Assembly: GCA_011109175.1 (NCBI GenBank)
Contig: RDEW01000014.1
Location: forward strand, 372,001-436,000
DNA from: Dicyema japonicum
Taxonomy: Eukaryota; Animalia; Dicyemida
Length of the DNA: 64,000 nucleotides
Direction: 5' to 3'
A model generated the notes under the pieces. The model saw only the letters and a program-made list of their open reading frames with translations. It made no database searches and was not told where the DNA came from. Shown piece after piece: positions 1 through 12,382 of the stretch (within the stretch, counting starts at the first letter, position 1; each line of letters begins with the position of its first letter). The position numbers and the translations under genes are program-made.

Positions 1-593
1 ACGGGGGACCTTCTGTGTGGCAGCATTTTACTCAGCTTTTCGACTACCTTCCACTGTCGGCACTCATCAGTGGCCAGGTTCTTGTCCTCTCATTTCCAGA
101 TGTTTTGCCTCCATGGAGGACTATCTCCATCTATTACCTGCCTAGACAACATTAGGGCTATTGACAGAATCCAGGAGGTCCCCCACGAAGGCCCGATGTG
201 TGATCTTCTGTGGTCGGACCCCGATGATAGTTCTGCTTGGGGACAGTCTCCACGTGGCGCTGGCTTTACTTTCGGACCGGACGTTTCCAGCCATTTTATA
301 GCTTTAAATTCCCTCTCAACTATAGTACGTGCTCACCAGTTGGTCATGGAGGTTAAGCTTTGGTTGTCTTCTTACAGGGGTACAACTGGTGCCACGATCA
401 CAAGGTGGTGACCATTTTTAGTGCCCCGAATTACTGCTACCGGTGCAATAATCAGGCGGCTTTGATGTGCCTGGATGATAATATGTCGGATATTTTGTAG
501 TTTTTGGTTTTTATGGGTAGTATTCAGTTTGACCCTGCTCCACGGCAAGGTGAGCCGTTGGTCACTCGCAGAACTCCTGACTATTTTCTTTGA
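1..593 (+). CDS. PPP2C: Serine/threonine protein phosphatase 2A catalytic subunit, 3' part (5' end outside window); introns 78-99 (22 nt), 352-377 (26 nt), 497-520 (24 nt)
   Basis: Spliced translation ...[21 protein letters not shown]|[11 protein letters not shown]...[18 protein letters not shown]...RAHQLVME|GYNWCHD...[10 protein letters not shown]...[22 protein letters not shown] with the PP2Ac C-terminal TPDYFL. Confidence 0.97.
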
Positions 594-2199
594 GCGTTGC
601 TAATTTGACTATCATTTTATGTGAGGATACTTTTATTAGTAAAATCAATAGCGGTTGCTTTGAGATCTGTTAGTTTAACAAGTTCCTATGTATTAGTCGT
701 GAAAAAGCTGTTGAGTTATTACCACTAGGAGCTGAGTTTGAATACACGTAGTGTCACGTGGTTTGGGTGTTGTGCTGGTGACCATGTTAGGTTATTTTAA
801 ATTCTCTCTTCAAGTGTGTTAAGGTTATGGCACGAACGAGATAAATCGGGGACATTTGAGGTATTAGTCATGGAGATCACTGTCAAGGTTTGACTGGGAT
901 CATAAGCTCAGATTGATTGGGTATTTTGGGTAACAATGTGTCATGGAGTTCGTCTGCTGTGGGGACATAAAATTTTACATGTATTTTAAACTTATCAGTG
1001 AATGCGGGATTTTTCGTTTCAATCCCGAGTCCATAAGTGCTTCGAAGATATCGAATGAGGAGATTTGGCGAAACTCCTCACGACCGTAAAGAGTAGCCTA
1101 AAGTCGTGCAATTCGTTTGTAATTTGATGTGTTTGTCATTTGAATCAATATTAGGCACTTTAAAGCTGTTGTTTACTTTTAAAGTAAAATTAGGCAAATC
1201 GTGCTAACACTTCGGAATCTTCGTATTTCAGAAATCCTTACCCTCTAAAGCTGACTTCACTTTTCCCATTCTGTTCTCGCTTAGTCAATCAGAGTTCTTA
1301 CTGAGTTTCACTTAAAGCATTGAATTTTACTTTTGTGGTTTTCTCAGCATTATTTATGCTTAACTGACTCATGCCAATCGACTAGAGCGTATTGCTCTTG
1401 ACACCCTAAACATCTCAGAACCACACGTGGTATAGACTACAAAATAATCCTTTCATAATTTCACGGTGTTTTATTCCATAGTTAACGGAATTAATTATTT
1501 TGATAATTATTGTATCGGAGACCTAAAATCACAAAGTCACCCAAAAGAGGCAGAAAGAGAGGAAAACGTCCATCCTTGCAGTCGTGGGACCCCTATTTTT
1601 GACTCTGCAAGGAACTAGGATTCAGTGCATCAAAATTTGTTATAATGGAAAAAGCTCTAATCTTGGTTTTGATATATTTTCATCTTCAGGAATCCTCCAC
1701 GTAAAGTCCTTGTTGCCAGGACAAGCATAGAGGTCCCGAACTTTGCTTCCACTCAGAGATTATGATGGCAACAGTAAAGAGCAGCAATATTAGGTGTTGT
1801 TAATCAACTCTGGATTTGGCCATCGAAGATAAAGAATTAGTTCTCAGAAATTTAAGAGGATGCTGGGGCCATTCTAAAGGAGCTGTAAAATCCCACAACT
1901 CTTTAGAGATTAAACTGATACAAAGGTCCACAGTTCTACAAATCCTTATAAAAACAGGGTGCATACATAAAAATGATAAGAACTTTGTAGGGGGTGGATA
2001 CACTTTTTGCCTCAGGTTTGTTGAAAAGTTGACATTTCAATAATATTCGCCATTAAACGACGAGTCTTACAATTTATTTACCCCGGTCCCTTCAAGTGAA
2101 GGAAACCGTGGATAAAAATAACGTAACTACCAATGAAGGAAGTTCTCAGAGAGCAAAAAGGTTGATCCGATCTTTGAAAGACGGGTCTTTCACCTAATA

Positions 2200-2990
2200 T
2201 CAGGTAAGATCTCCCAATTTCATTTCCTCAGCGTAAAGATTGTGATCCCCAGTATTTTGATAGAGTTAGTGGAGGGGATTGACATTTTATTAAGGGTCAA
2301 AAAAGTGCCGAATTTGTTAGTCCTCTGTTTGAAGTAAAAAATCATTGTCCTAGACTTTTCAGGACTTGTGTGTAATAGGTTCCTCGTAAGGCCACAGCTC
2401 AGGTTGTCCATCAAATCTTGTAAGTTGGTACCCATTGTGCGAACACCTTGATCTCTTGTTGCTAAGATTATGTCGTCACCATAATTAAGGACCAAAGTGT
2501 TGCCACTGCTATGGAAAGGCATATCGCTCATAAAGAGGTTGAAGAGAATTGGTGACAGTGGGACATGCAATTACCCTTCCTTTTTCTCGTTGAGGAAGTT
2601 TGCAGTCCAAATTTTTAAATTGTTCGAAATGTTCATCCTAGTGAGTAATTTCCGCGGAATCGAGTCAAAAGCTTTCTGTATACCAATGGAGCACATAAGG
2701 GTCTTTTGATGTTGAGGTTTGCATTGTAGGCCTTCTTTGATGAATTTTAATAAGCTAAGTAGTTGTGGAGTGACCCTTCTTAAAACCATGTTTGAAGGAT
2801 TTGTCCTGAAGGTAAAGTTTAGTTTGATCTAGAATGAGTTTTATAAAAGTTTGGAAGTGACTGAGTGTGGGATTCCCGAAGAACGCTAATAAACAACGAG
2901 ACTGGGACAAGCTTATATGCTCGAAGATCATAGATGAGATAAATCGCGAAGAAAAATGATAGAATAAAAAAGTCAAAAATAGAATAAAAA
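2200..2990 (-). mobile_element. Degraded APE-type LINE (Jockey/I group), reverse transcriptase remnant
   Basis: Frameshifted ORFs containing FKHGFKKGHSTTT, IQKAFDSI, LSPILFNLFMSDMP, NYGDDI, SPEKS, IKILGITIF. Confidence 0.85.
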
Positions 2991-3419
2991 GACCAAAATC
3001 AGTGTGGAGGGTGAACTTTAAGAAAGGGTTACCATCATGATGATTTCGGAATCCTGAAGAGACTTGCTTCTATGATCACATCTCTGTGAATGCTATTGAA
3101 TGCACTGCGGATTTACACTCCACTATTATGACATTCTGATTATCTGGCGGATTGGCGATGAAATTTAGAATTGAGTGAATTGCCGTTTTACATCTTTGAG
3201 GAATTCCATTCCAAGTTGAGTTGGGTTCAGTTTGAACACGTCTCTGAATGTGGGGTGCAGCGACGAGAACAGGCAATAGAGATTGGCCCCAAGAAGAGGA
3301 GATTGAGTTAGACAAGGGTTATAAAGAAGTACTTTTACTTATTGTTTGATAAATAAATATCTCCATTATTAAAAACATGACAAATCATTAGATTTTTATT
3401 TATTGATAAAGAAGAAAAA

Positions 3420-3510
3420 CGATAGGAGAGAAAGGGCTGGCTCATTGAGCTCATTTCCTTGCAAATCGTAAGGGGAAATGCGTTTTCAATTATGAGAGAA
3501 GCCAGAAGTT
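3420..3510 (+). mobile_element. CRE-like RLE retrotransposon, 3' tip
   Basis: Translates to RERGWLIELISLQIVRGNAFSI, the C-terminal motif seen in the longer CRE-like copies. Confidence 0.6.
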
Positions 3511-3931
3511 GCTAACTGTTAGTTTTTCTTTTATTAAATAATAAAAATATAATTTAAAAAATGTATTGATAAAGAAATCTGTCATTTTCATATTATTTTG
3601 TTCTTTTTTAGTGAATTCATAATATCTGCTTTAAATCTTTTTTTATGAGTTTCTTGTTTGACTACATTAAGGTGCATCCTGAAAGCATGTTCCGTGTTTT
3701 TAATGACTTCATAATCTAAATATTTCGCTGTTATCTTCTTAAGATCATCCATCATAAAAAGTCTCTAAATTTTCATTTTCCAATTATATCCTGATTAATT
3801 GGGCTGCTTTTGTAATCATGTTTTCTAGTGTCATAAAGTTTAACTTCCAAGGCCTTTTTAAAGCAGTTTCGTATTTCTGATTTATTTTGTCCCAGGCCAC
3901 AAGTAGACAAGTTGCATTATCTATCAGTAAG

Positions 3932-4156
3932 TTATAATAATAATAATAAAGCCTTTTCACGAGAGCCATAGTATTTATAGCTCCGCATAGGCAGGACACA
4001 CACTTTATTTAAGTAAAGAACAGTTAATTTTAACTAATCGTAGAACCAAGGAATGATCTTCACTTCTTTTTTTTCTTTTTCTTGTGTGAGTGTCCTTTCT
4101 AGACAATCCAGTTCCGCAGTGAGTATTCACTGATGACGGCGTCACTCGTCAAACCA
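3932..4156 (-). mobile_element. SINE-like family A (about 220 bp), (TAT)n tail
   Basis: Homologous to 12160-12382, 31305-31500, 34775-34990, 55935-56015 and 60198-60280. Starts TTGACGAGTGACGCC, ends ATGGCTCTCGTGAAAAGGCT(TTA)n. Confidence 0.85.
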
Positions 4157-4974
4157 AGTTATTAGAATGCCTATTTGGAGTTTTGCCAACAATAAGTTTT
4201 AATGTTGATCGGGAAACCATTGCATCTCAGAAAATAAAAATTTATAAACTTCCGTATTTAATTGGTACCATTTACCCAAATTGGCGTATAGCAGCCTTCA
4301 CGTAAGAGTTCTTCTTTTCAGTCGGACATCCTCTAGAGATGCTATACTTCTCACAGATAAATGAATATTTATACAGATCTGACTTTATTTTTTTACATAT
4401 TCTAATTTTTTTCATTTTGATTTAGTTGCTCAAGTCAGACACACCGATTTGGGATCTGAAATGGAATGACCCTCTCGGACACTAGTTCATCCAAGCGGCG
4501 TGGATTTTCATTCGTGCTTGATAAGTCCAAGATATATCCGGACTTGTTTTCAGTTTATTTTAAAGTTTCCATTACATTCGTGTAACCATGCCGCTATTCT
4601 TTAAGAATTTGAGATCTGAATCAGAAGAGAATCTTTTTAGATGCGGACCAAGCACTGGGCGTCTCCTGAAACAAGTGGATCACATGACAAGAGGTGAATG
4701 AACTAGTCTATTAAAATCAAAAAGCCGAGGATCAGAAGAGAAGGAAGTACCTAAGCATATCGGAGGATCATTTGCTTGTCTCATTTGCTGTTGAGACGTC
4801 AAGAATCCTTGTCCCACAAGCGGTAGACTTAGTCCATCGGAACGACTCAATGGTCCAAAGGGTCACCAAGGACCCACGTGAGACTGGTTGGCTTCGAGCG
4901 TATCCCGATAGCCAATGTCAGAGAAAACCTTTAATTTATAATTAATAATTTAAAATAACAAAATGTAATAAAAA

Positions 4975-5938
4975 TCAATCGCCGTCAGAACTGCTATAAT
5001 CAACGAATAATGGATTATTTGCCTCCGTCTTGACAGGTTGGAGACATAATTCAGTTTTAACTTCTTGGAGAGAATTATCAATCGGCTCGACTTTGACAAC
5101 CGGATTAAATTGTGTTAATTTTTTTGACGAATTAGCCTCTGAAATTTTCGAGATTTTTGCCAGAGACCTCAAATGCTCCAATTTTACGTCCCTCTTCTTC
5201 GAGACAACATTCTGATCCTCGTAGTAATCTATTTGTTCATCGACCTCACTCTTCTTCTGCTGTTGAAGGGCAAGCATTTCCTTCAACAACTCCTCATCTT
5301 CCTCATCTTCCGGAGTTTTCTGTGTAAACTCGCTTATAATCTCATCGTAGTTGGTTATATTGTTGTTCCTTTGGTTGAATTCCAAGATCTTTTCCAGAGT
5401 TTCCATGGCCTCCATTTCCTTGTATGACTGCTTAGTTCGGTTCTCCAACATCTATTGAACTAAGAATATTCTATAACCATCATTGGATTGTTCGCCTCTT
5501 CCTCCTTTCGGGCCTCCTCTTCTTCCGCAGCCAGTTTTTCAGCCGTCCTGAAACCTTCGAAAGCCCTCGTGGCCCCAAACTCCATAGAATAGTCCATATT
5601 TGCAAGGTCAGTCTTAAAGTGATCTCTGAGGCACATTTTGGACATCTGATGTAAAACCTCATTAGTGTGAGCCCCAAATAATCTTCTCCGATAACATCTT
5701 CTTTCCTGGAATTAAACTTCTTTCCTTTGTAAATGTACTCACCACACGTGTTACATCTGCATATGGAAATGATTATACCTCATATTAAACGGAGCCATCA
5801 CCCTAATATGAAATTGGTTGCCTTTACGCATTGGAATCCTGGGGATATCATTTGGGTCAAAGTCTGGAGGGTAATATTTCTATAAATTATGCCAAATATA
5901 TTGTGTACATTAAAGACTTTTCTTTCAGTTCCAGTCAT
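4975..5938 (-). CDS. YJU2: Splicing factor YJU2/CCDC94; introns 5880-5908, 5757-5778, 5452-5477; apparent 1-nt frameshift at 5616-5618
   Basis: [10 protein letters not shown]|[13 protein letters not shown]...VMAPFNMR|[19 protein letters not shown]...[14 protein letters not shown](F)KTD...[10 protein letters not shown]...NNPMM|MLENRTKQS. Confidence 0.93.
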
Positions 5939-6084
5939 TCAACAACAAACTATAAATTTAAATTTATTAATTTTAAATTGTTTTTTTTATTTTAATTTTA
6001 TTTTTGTTGTTTTATCAGAACGGGGTACCATAAGGGTAACCTCGTCATTTGCTCTTTTTTGATTTGTATTATATACGGATTATC

Positions 6085-6356
6085 GCGTTCTAGCCACGTG
6101 GCGCCATGTGGTGCTTCGTGGCTAGTTGGTTGAAGTTTGTGTTTTGTTCGTATGTTCCTCCTCTCTCTTCCTATTAAAGTGGCGTCATGTGATCCACCTG
6201 TCTAGATGGCGCCCAGTACCAGGCCGGCACGAAAAAGGATAATTTGCTTTCCCTCACTCCACTGGAGGGGTTTTTTAAAACTGCAACTATGGACGTCTTT
6301 TACCCTTTATGCTGATTCCGGATGGACTCTGTTTCTGTGGAAGCTGGATACACTTA
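6085..6356 (+). mobile_element. Short retroposon / LINE 3'UTR family B, tail missing
   Basis: High similarity to 19725-20000 and to the reverse complement of 25130-25400. Confidence 0.75.
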
Positions 6357-6539
6357 ATTAGTAGCGTGCGTCATGTGGTTCACCATCTTTGGTGGCTCCA
6401 GATATAATCCTAAATTATATCCAAAAAGGACGATTAGTCAACAACCATCCAGAGGAGTTCCCCTTGGCCGGCACTTCCTTCTAGTTAAAGCATGCGAGGA
6501 CTGCTGAGGGAAGTTGGGATCACCTGAATTTTTTCATTC

Positions 6540-7500
6540 TGGCCATGACAGTTTTTTGGTTCAATAAATTTAACTTGCCGACCGTAATTTAATTCTACAC
6601 TGACAACATAGTCCTCAAATCCAGTAATCAATGCTTGCAGACATCCACCATATACCTGTTCGATCGTATAGAGAGATGGATGGATATAAACTTACTTACG
6701 GCAAGTCCTGAAAAATCATGTGTAACCCTATTCACCTCTAAGGGAAAATTACAATCTCTTATCTACCCTGGTCTTCAGTGAAAAAAACTTTCGTTCACGA
6801 ACTCGATTAAAGTATAGAGGGTTACTCTCGACTATCTCCACAACGGAATAGGCCATCCTCGCTAGTCCACCTGTGAGGATAGAGGAAAGTGTGCCTCTTT
6901 TCATTTAAATGAACCTAGAAGACGCGATGGCATATGTTGAATTAGAGAATGAATATGACGGTATTTCACCGGTAATTATCTTTAGCGCTTATACGGATAT
7001 TTTATTGGTTTTTTTTAATTGGTGATTTTTAATTGACAATTCAAGGTCTAGTGGCAACGAGTGTGGATCTCCACATTTTTCGTGATTGGCTTTTACTTTT
7101 ATTACTGTTAGACATGCTTAAAAACTAATCCTTCAAAAGATCTCTCCACGACTCGAATTATCCCTTTTCTAACATGGCTTCCACACAAGATACTTGACCA
7201 CGACCCATTTGACCAATCTAGTTCAATTCATTTCTGTCGGTCTAGAACAAAACCAACTTATTAAGTGATCTCAGTTTCTAGTAATTCCCACAATCTCCTT
7301 GAGTGGTCCGATAGCGATCCCACCGTCTTCCGGAAGTGTCTCATCTAATTTCAACGGAAGAATTCGATAGAGGTGTCTTTATTCGAAACTGATCGGAATT
7401 CCTCCACATAGATAACTTTTCCTTCAACATTGTTCTATGCAGAAACACAGGAAACCTCGGTCATTTCTTATGGGCGACCACATCAAATGGAAATTATTAT
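6540..7500 (+). mobile_element. Scattered LINE reverse transcriptase remnants
   Basis: Fragments such as YTDNIVL...ASPEKSCVTLFTS (about 6590-6740) and HGFHTRYLTTTHLTNL (about 7170-7230). Confidence 0.55.
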
Positions 7501-7549
7501 TATAGGCACGTACACGATGCCAAGATCATGACAAAGCATGTGCAACACG

Positions 7550-7850
7550 AAAAGTTAACAATCTAATTAACCCCCATCTTTTTCGATCCGTTGCCATGTT
7601 CCGTAGCGTATCGTGAGATCTTTATCTTGAATAACCGGCAGTGTTGTCCTCGGCCGGCCGCGGAAACGAGAAGCTTCTAAGACAAAATACTCCTCCATTG
7701 TTATGTTGGCAGGGGTCCCCATAACGTGGCGGAGTATGTGTCCAAAAAGCCTCCATCTTGAATCAGTAATCTCACATGATATTGGCTCAGTTCCTGTTCT
7801 CTTGTATAAGATTTCAAACTCCTTCGATATTTTTGTCTCTTGGAGACATC
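7550..7850 (-). mobile_element. RTE-clade LINE 3' fragment
   Basis: SRWRLFGHILRH...MEEYF...RFRGRPRTTLPV..KDL. Confidence 0.75.
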
Positions 7851-8148
7851 CGATTTATATCTTGTATTTTGAAAAATCTTCACAAAGTTCTTTTCTTTTC
7901 CATGCACTAGAGAGTCTTTAACATTGAACGTTAAAAGAGAGAAGTCATTTAGGTTGCAATTTTCGTGTTTTTCAGACATACTTTTCAAGAGAGACGTCAC
8001 CACCTCAACCAAAAAATGGAAATAAAATGGAATGGAAATAAACATTTTAAAATAAAACACTCAACCCCAATAAAAATATTATATTTAATTATAAATTAAA
8101 TATTAAAAAAATAATAAATTAAAAAATAAAAAAGTTAATATTTTTGAT

Positions 8149-9263
8149 ATGTATTATGTGAGGACGAATCTGAACATATTGATTATTATCATATTAATGA
8201 ACTCATCACGATCATTCCTCGATGAAGCAAATCCATACTTATTAGAACAAACTTCTACGACTTATTCTAATGTAGAAGATAGATCATTAGCTTTCAACCC
8301 GTTCATGACTGGTAAGACAACTAATATTTATTAGACCTGGGAGATACGCGCAACGAAAGAGTTCAAATTCAGAATTCTACACTTTATCTGTTAATTTTGA
8401 AGAGGCTTATTCGAAAATTAGTATTAAATGGAAACAGTCCCCCCGATGGAATGAATTTTCTGGGCAACATCAAATACAGAGTTTATTTAACGATTAAACA
8501 AAATGACCTGGATTTTTTAACCTCATTTTTAAATTCTGAAGAAGAAATCGATGAGCTTCATCAAATGTTTACAATTTTGGACACTTGGGTCGTAAAACAA
8601 CATGTTGGGTGGACAGATCCTACTGTCAGAAGTAACTATACAGAATATTATATATTTCTAATCGGAATAATTCTATTTTATCTTCTAAGACACATTTCAC
8701 TGAGGAAATTTTTTTTCATCGTCTTCTTGATGAGTTTCTTTTGGAGCTTCTTCACTCTATATAAGGTAATTTTACAGGCAACATTATAGAAAGAGCAAGC
8801 GAGACGTCTAAAACCAGTGAAGGTTGACAATTCTACACTCTCTCGTATTTATCGGTGGTTTTGGAATCAACCAGATCTGTTTGACACTCTGATTGAAGAC
8901 ACGTTGATGGATCCTATCTGGAATGTAAATCCATTAGCGGTTTTATTGTTTGGTCATAAATAGGCTTTGGGAAATGTGTTTTTTGAGTTTTGCAAACATA
9001 TTCACCTCGGTGCTCTAGCACGTGGTATTTCAGAAGAGATTTCTCTCAGCGCTTCGTTCATTTCTCTCATTTTCTCACTCGTCGTCTTTGTTATTATTCT
9101 CTACATTGTTTGCAACATTTTTATTAGCAAAATATTGACTTATTCGAGTGTGGCTGATCCCATTCCACGGGTCAAATTTGAGGAATCAGCCATTCGTAGT
9201 CTACGTCCCAGGAAGATTTGTAGACATAAGAGACGACGTTTTATAAAATATATTAAATATTGA
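8149..9263 (+). CDS. CLCC1: Chloride channel CLIC-like 1 (MCLC family) membrane protein, several mini-introns
   Basis: N-terminal hydrophobic signal; LILKRLIRKLVL...YRVYLTIKQ..FL; two TM segments ending FWSFFTLYK; MDPIWNVNP; KHI..G; third TM. Motif order matches CLCC1 as recalled (not searched). Confidence 0.7.
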
Positions 9264-9394
9264 TATTTTATGTTTATTTTTTAAATTTAACTATGAAATT
9301 TTTTTATTTGTTATTTAACCTCATGTTTACACTACAAATAATCACAACTGATTAATCCAAGGAAGGAAGTAAATAAATTAAAGGAAGGAACCTT

Positions 9395-9510
9395 GTGCCG
9401 AGAAAATCCATCCTCCATGTCCATTACAGGGATCTAAGAGAGGTGGAAAAGTGGTTCTGCACTCTTCCATTTTCATCACGCGTTCTACGGTCTCTACATC
9501 ACTTGATTCT
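9395..9510. repeat. Interspersed repeat family C (about 110-130 bp)
   Basis: Similar to 15300-15420, 58545-58660 and the reverse complement of 29320-29450. Confidence 0.7.
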
Positions 9511-9519
9511 TAGCCGGAG

Positions 9520-10290
9520 AATTTAAATATTAAAGGAATAAAGGGAAATGAAGTTATTGCTTGGTTATCCAATGGTAACAGGCTCGTAATACCAGAGGAC
9601 ACTTTTTTTCCAATTCCTGACGACTGGTACTTCGAAATTGTGCTTAAATGCTGGGACCATAATTTAAGCAATCGATCTCCCTTCAAAAGCATTTTTAAGT
9701 TTTTTAATAATTGGATGAAAAACTCTCCCACTATTTATTCATTATAAAATATTTTTTCCAATAAAAGTAGTCTTGACTACCTTATTATGCACTAGGGTTA
9801 TATTTGATAGGGATTTTTGAGACCTCCAGTGTTCTTGATACCCCTAGCGGTTTTTTAATTGCAGATTTTACAGAAAATAGGTTGCGAAGCACATCCCCGT
9901 TAGATTCTCTACTAGGTTGAAAAATTGAGTAGATTCAATATTTTGTTTTGATAAATTTGGCAAGATTTTGGTATACCATGTCACATGGTGTTATTATCTT
10001 GCAAAACGAACTAAAAAGTAATCTCTTCGTCACTTTTGCAACACCATGACAATAATTGTTTCAAGATCTCCATTTTAGACTCTGAAGCGCAGGCTGCAAG
10101 GAAAGAGGTCTAGGAGGAGCTCGCATAGTTCAAGGTGGTCCTGATATATTTTTTTGTAGATTATTCTGATGGTTTCCTTGTCCTGGCCCAATATAGATCC
10201 GGCCTTCATTCTTATTCATGGCTCTTTTATTATGTGCGGAGGGCGTTCATTTTCTTGCTTGCTTTTGCAACCACGTGATTCACGTGGAAG
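9520..10290 (+). pseudogene. Direct segmental duplicate of 27136-27903 (orphan last exon of the Src kinase plus downstream sequence)
   Basis: Colinear match from AATTTAAATATTAAAGGAATAAAGGG to CAACCACGTGATTCACGTGGAAG; encodes ...GNEVIAWLSNGNRL...KCWDHN...NSPTIYSL*. Confidence 0.92.
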
Positions 10291-11504
10291 CACTCTGACT
10301 GTTGGAGCTGAGATCACTTTGTTAGTTGAGAACTCTTTTCTTTGATCTTGGGGCAATAAATAAGTAATAATTATGGCGATTTTTATTTTGACTTTATAAA
10401 TCGGAAATTTTGGCCTAAAAATTGATTAAATGATAAATTTATCTACAAAAAAATTTTTTAATATAAAAAACTAATTAAAATCTTTATTAAAATACAGAAT
10501 AATGTAACCAAAAACGTTTTTCGGTTTAAAATTTTAGGTCTTTAAATGATAATTTTATCAATAATAAAAAATTTTTCTAGATAATTATGTAGAAGGATAT
10601 TTTTCAAATAGCAGTATATGCATGGAGAAATATGTTGCTTTTCCATTTTTTAATAGAAAAAACTTATTAACAGAAAATCTAGATTCCAGATACTTTTTAA
10701 TTCTACATAAATTGTTACTGAAATACATTTTTTAAATATGTCTTTTACGATGAAGTAAGTTTTCCCTGTCATCTTTATCAATTTATAAGCCAGTGTTGAC
10801 ATAATATACCGTTCCAGGCATCGCTATATTAAATTCCATCAAAATTTTTATTTTTTACATCAATAAAAATTTTTACAATAATATTTAACAATTTCAAGAC
10901 AATTTCCCCTTCTGACCGGAATTATTTTGGGTAGATAGCCAATTTTAATAAATTTTTCTGTTTTTTATGCAAGAAATTTATTATTGCATTTACATATATT
11001 TATATCGATTTTGTAGATCAAACCAACTTTTCCAACTCTATAATAAATGCATTTAAAAAAACTCAAAAATAGCTTCGGTAGAGTTACCTTTGGCATACAC
11101 TTTTGCATAGAAGGAAGTAAAGCGATATCCTATACCCACTAAGTTTTGTAAATTTACTGTTCAACTTATGCAAAGAAAATCATATTCTACTAAGCAGTGA
11201 CCTCATTGATCGTAGAGTCGGTGAATAGAATGAGAAAATCAGATATTTTTTACAGTAGCACCTGTAAAATACTAATAAAAATGATAGACCTGTTAGTTTG
11301 AAATGTTTTTTAGACAAAAGATTCAATAAAAAGCTGTTGTTAGAAAATTTGTGAGTTTATATAAAATTCACCAGGATATTTTCTAATAACAGTCTTTACA
11401 TCTTCAATGACTTTCCTGATTTGAATGCGGCATAACAGTTGATGACACGTTAATATTTTATTCAAAAACTCTAAAAACTAATAAATAAAAAATAAAAAGC
11501 AATA

Positions 11505-11680
11505 AAAATTTTGACTTAATTGACATAAAAATTAATTTTGACCTTTTTTGACATAACCCAAAATTTTGACTTTACAACTTTTGATTTATATAACATTTTT
11601 GATTAAAAATCACATTTTTATAAGTTTTAAACAATTTTAAAGAACATATGAATTTTTGACTTTATTGACAAAAATTGCCC
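11505..11680. repeat. Cluster of TTTTGAC/TTTTGAT motifs (degenerate minisatellite or subterminal repeats)
   Basis: Repeated TTTTGA(C/T) motifs within about 170 bp. Confidence 0.5.
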
Positions 11681-11691
11681 TACTAATAATT

Positions 11692-11760
11692 CAATAGCTT
11701 AATGGTTCGTGTGTTATGCCACTAAAAATTGTCCGTGGGATCGGATCTCTCCACGGATCA
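11692..11760 (+). mobile_element. tRNA-like head, probable tRNA-derived SINE remnant
   Basis: A-box TAGCTTAATGG, degenerate B-box inside a CCGTGG/CCACGG stem; no acceptor stem or anticodon arm, so not a tRNA gene. Confidence 0.4.
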
Positions 11761-12159
11761 CTTGGTTGAGGTTTTCTCATTCTCTCTTCTATTCCATCTC
11801 TTCCCTCAATTATAGACTACTGTATCAGTTCGATGTTATAATAAAAGTAGACTGCTCCAGTTTTAGATGAGCATGACATTGTTAAGAACAATTATTGAAA
11901 CAAGTTTTAAATGGATCTAATAAATCACTGAGTGAACATTGCCTTTCGAAGTTAAAATTCTAACGATTTTAGTAACTAACTGTTAATGCGCTTGAAAAAC
12001 AAGTGTCGATAGAGAATAAGACATGCCTCAGCATGTTATACTGCTATCGTTTTGCTCAATAAATCGAAGGCTGCAACGAATTAGCTTAAGAATTGGCTAA
12101 TGGTATCTTGAGATCTCTTACTAATAAATAAAATAAATATTTGCCCTGAAATATGCACT

Positions 12160-12382
12160 ATCGCACTTTCTGCAGAGCCATATCAGCTATGGCTCCGCTT
12201 AGGCAGAACACACACTTTATTTAAGTGAAGAACAGTTATTATAACTAATCGTAGATGGAGAACCAAGGAATGCTCTTCACTTCTTTGTTTTCTTTTTTTT
12301 GCGTCTATGTCTTTTACAGACGATCCGGTTCCGCAGTGAAGTAAGTGTTCACTGATGACGGCGTCACTCGTCAAGCCAGATC
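12160..12382 (-). mobile_element. SINE-like family A
   Basis: Same head (GGCTTGACGAGTGACGCCGTCATCAGTG) and 3' ATGGCTC...AAAGTGC. Confidence 0.85.

Noticed and set aside
1520-2043. Possible PDZ-like coding region (LGFDIFSSSGILHVKSLLPG)
   Set aside because: No consistent spliced ORF could be built and stop codons interrupt it. Left uncalled.
4120-4156. Hammerhead ribozyme on the antisense strand of family A (CTGATGA...AAAC)
   Set aside because: There is no GAAA after stem II (GTC-AAAC or GTC-AAGC), no G10.1-C11.1 pair and no NUH site before stem I. An HDV-like fold of the sense head also failed by eye.
7701-8060. 119-aa minus-strand ORF as a gene divergent from CLCC1
   Set aside because: Its 3' half is an out-of-frame RTE remnant and its 5' end is AT-rich low-complexity sequence.
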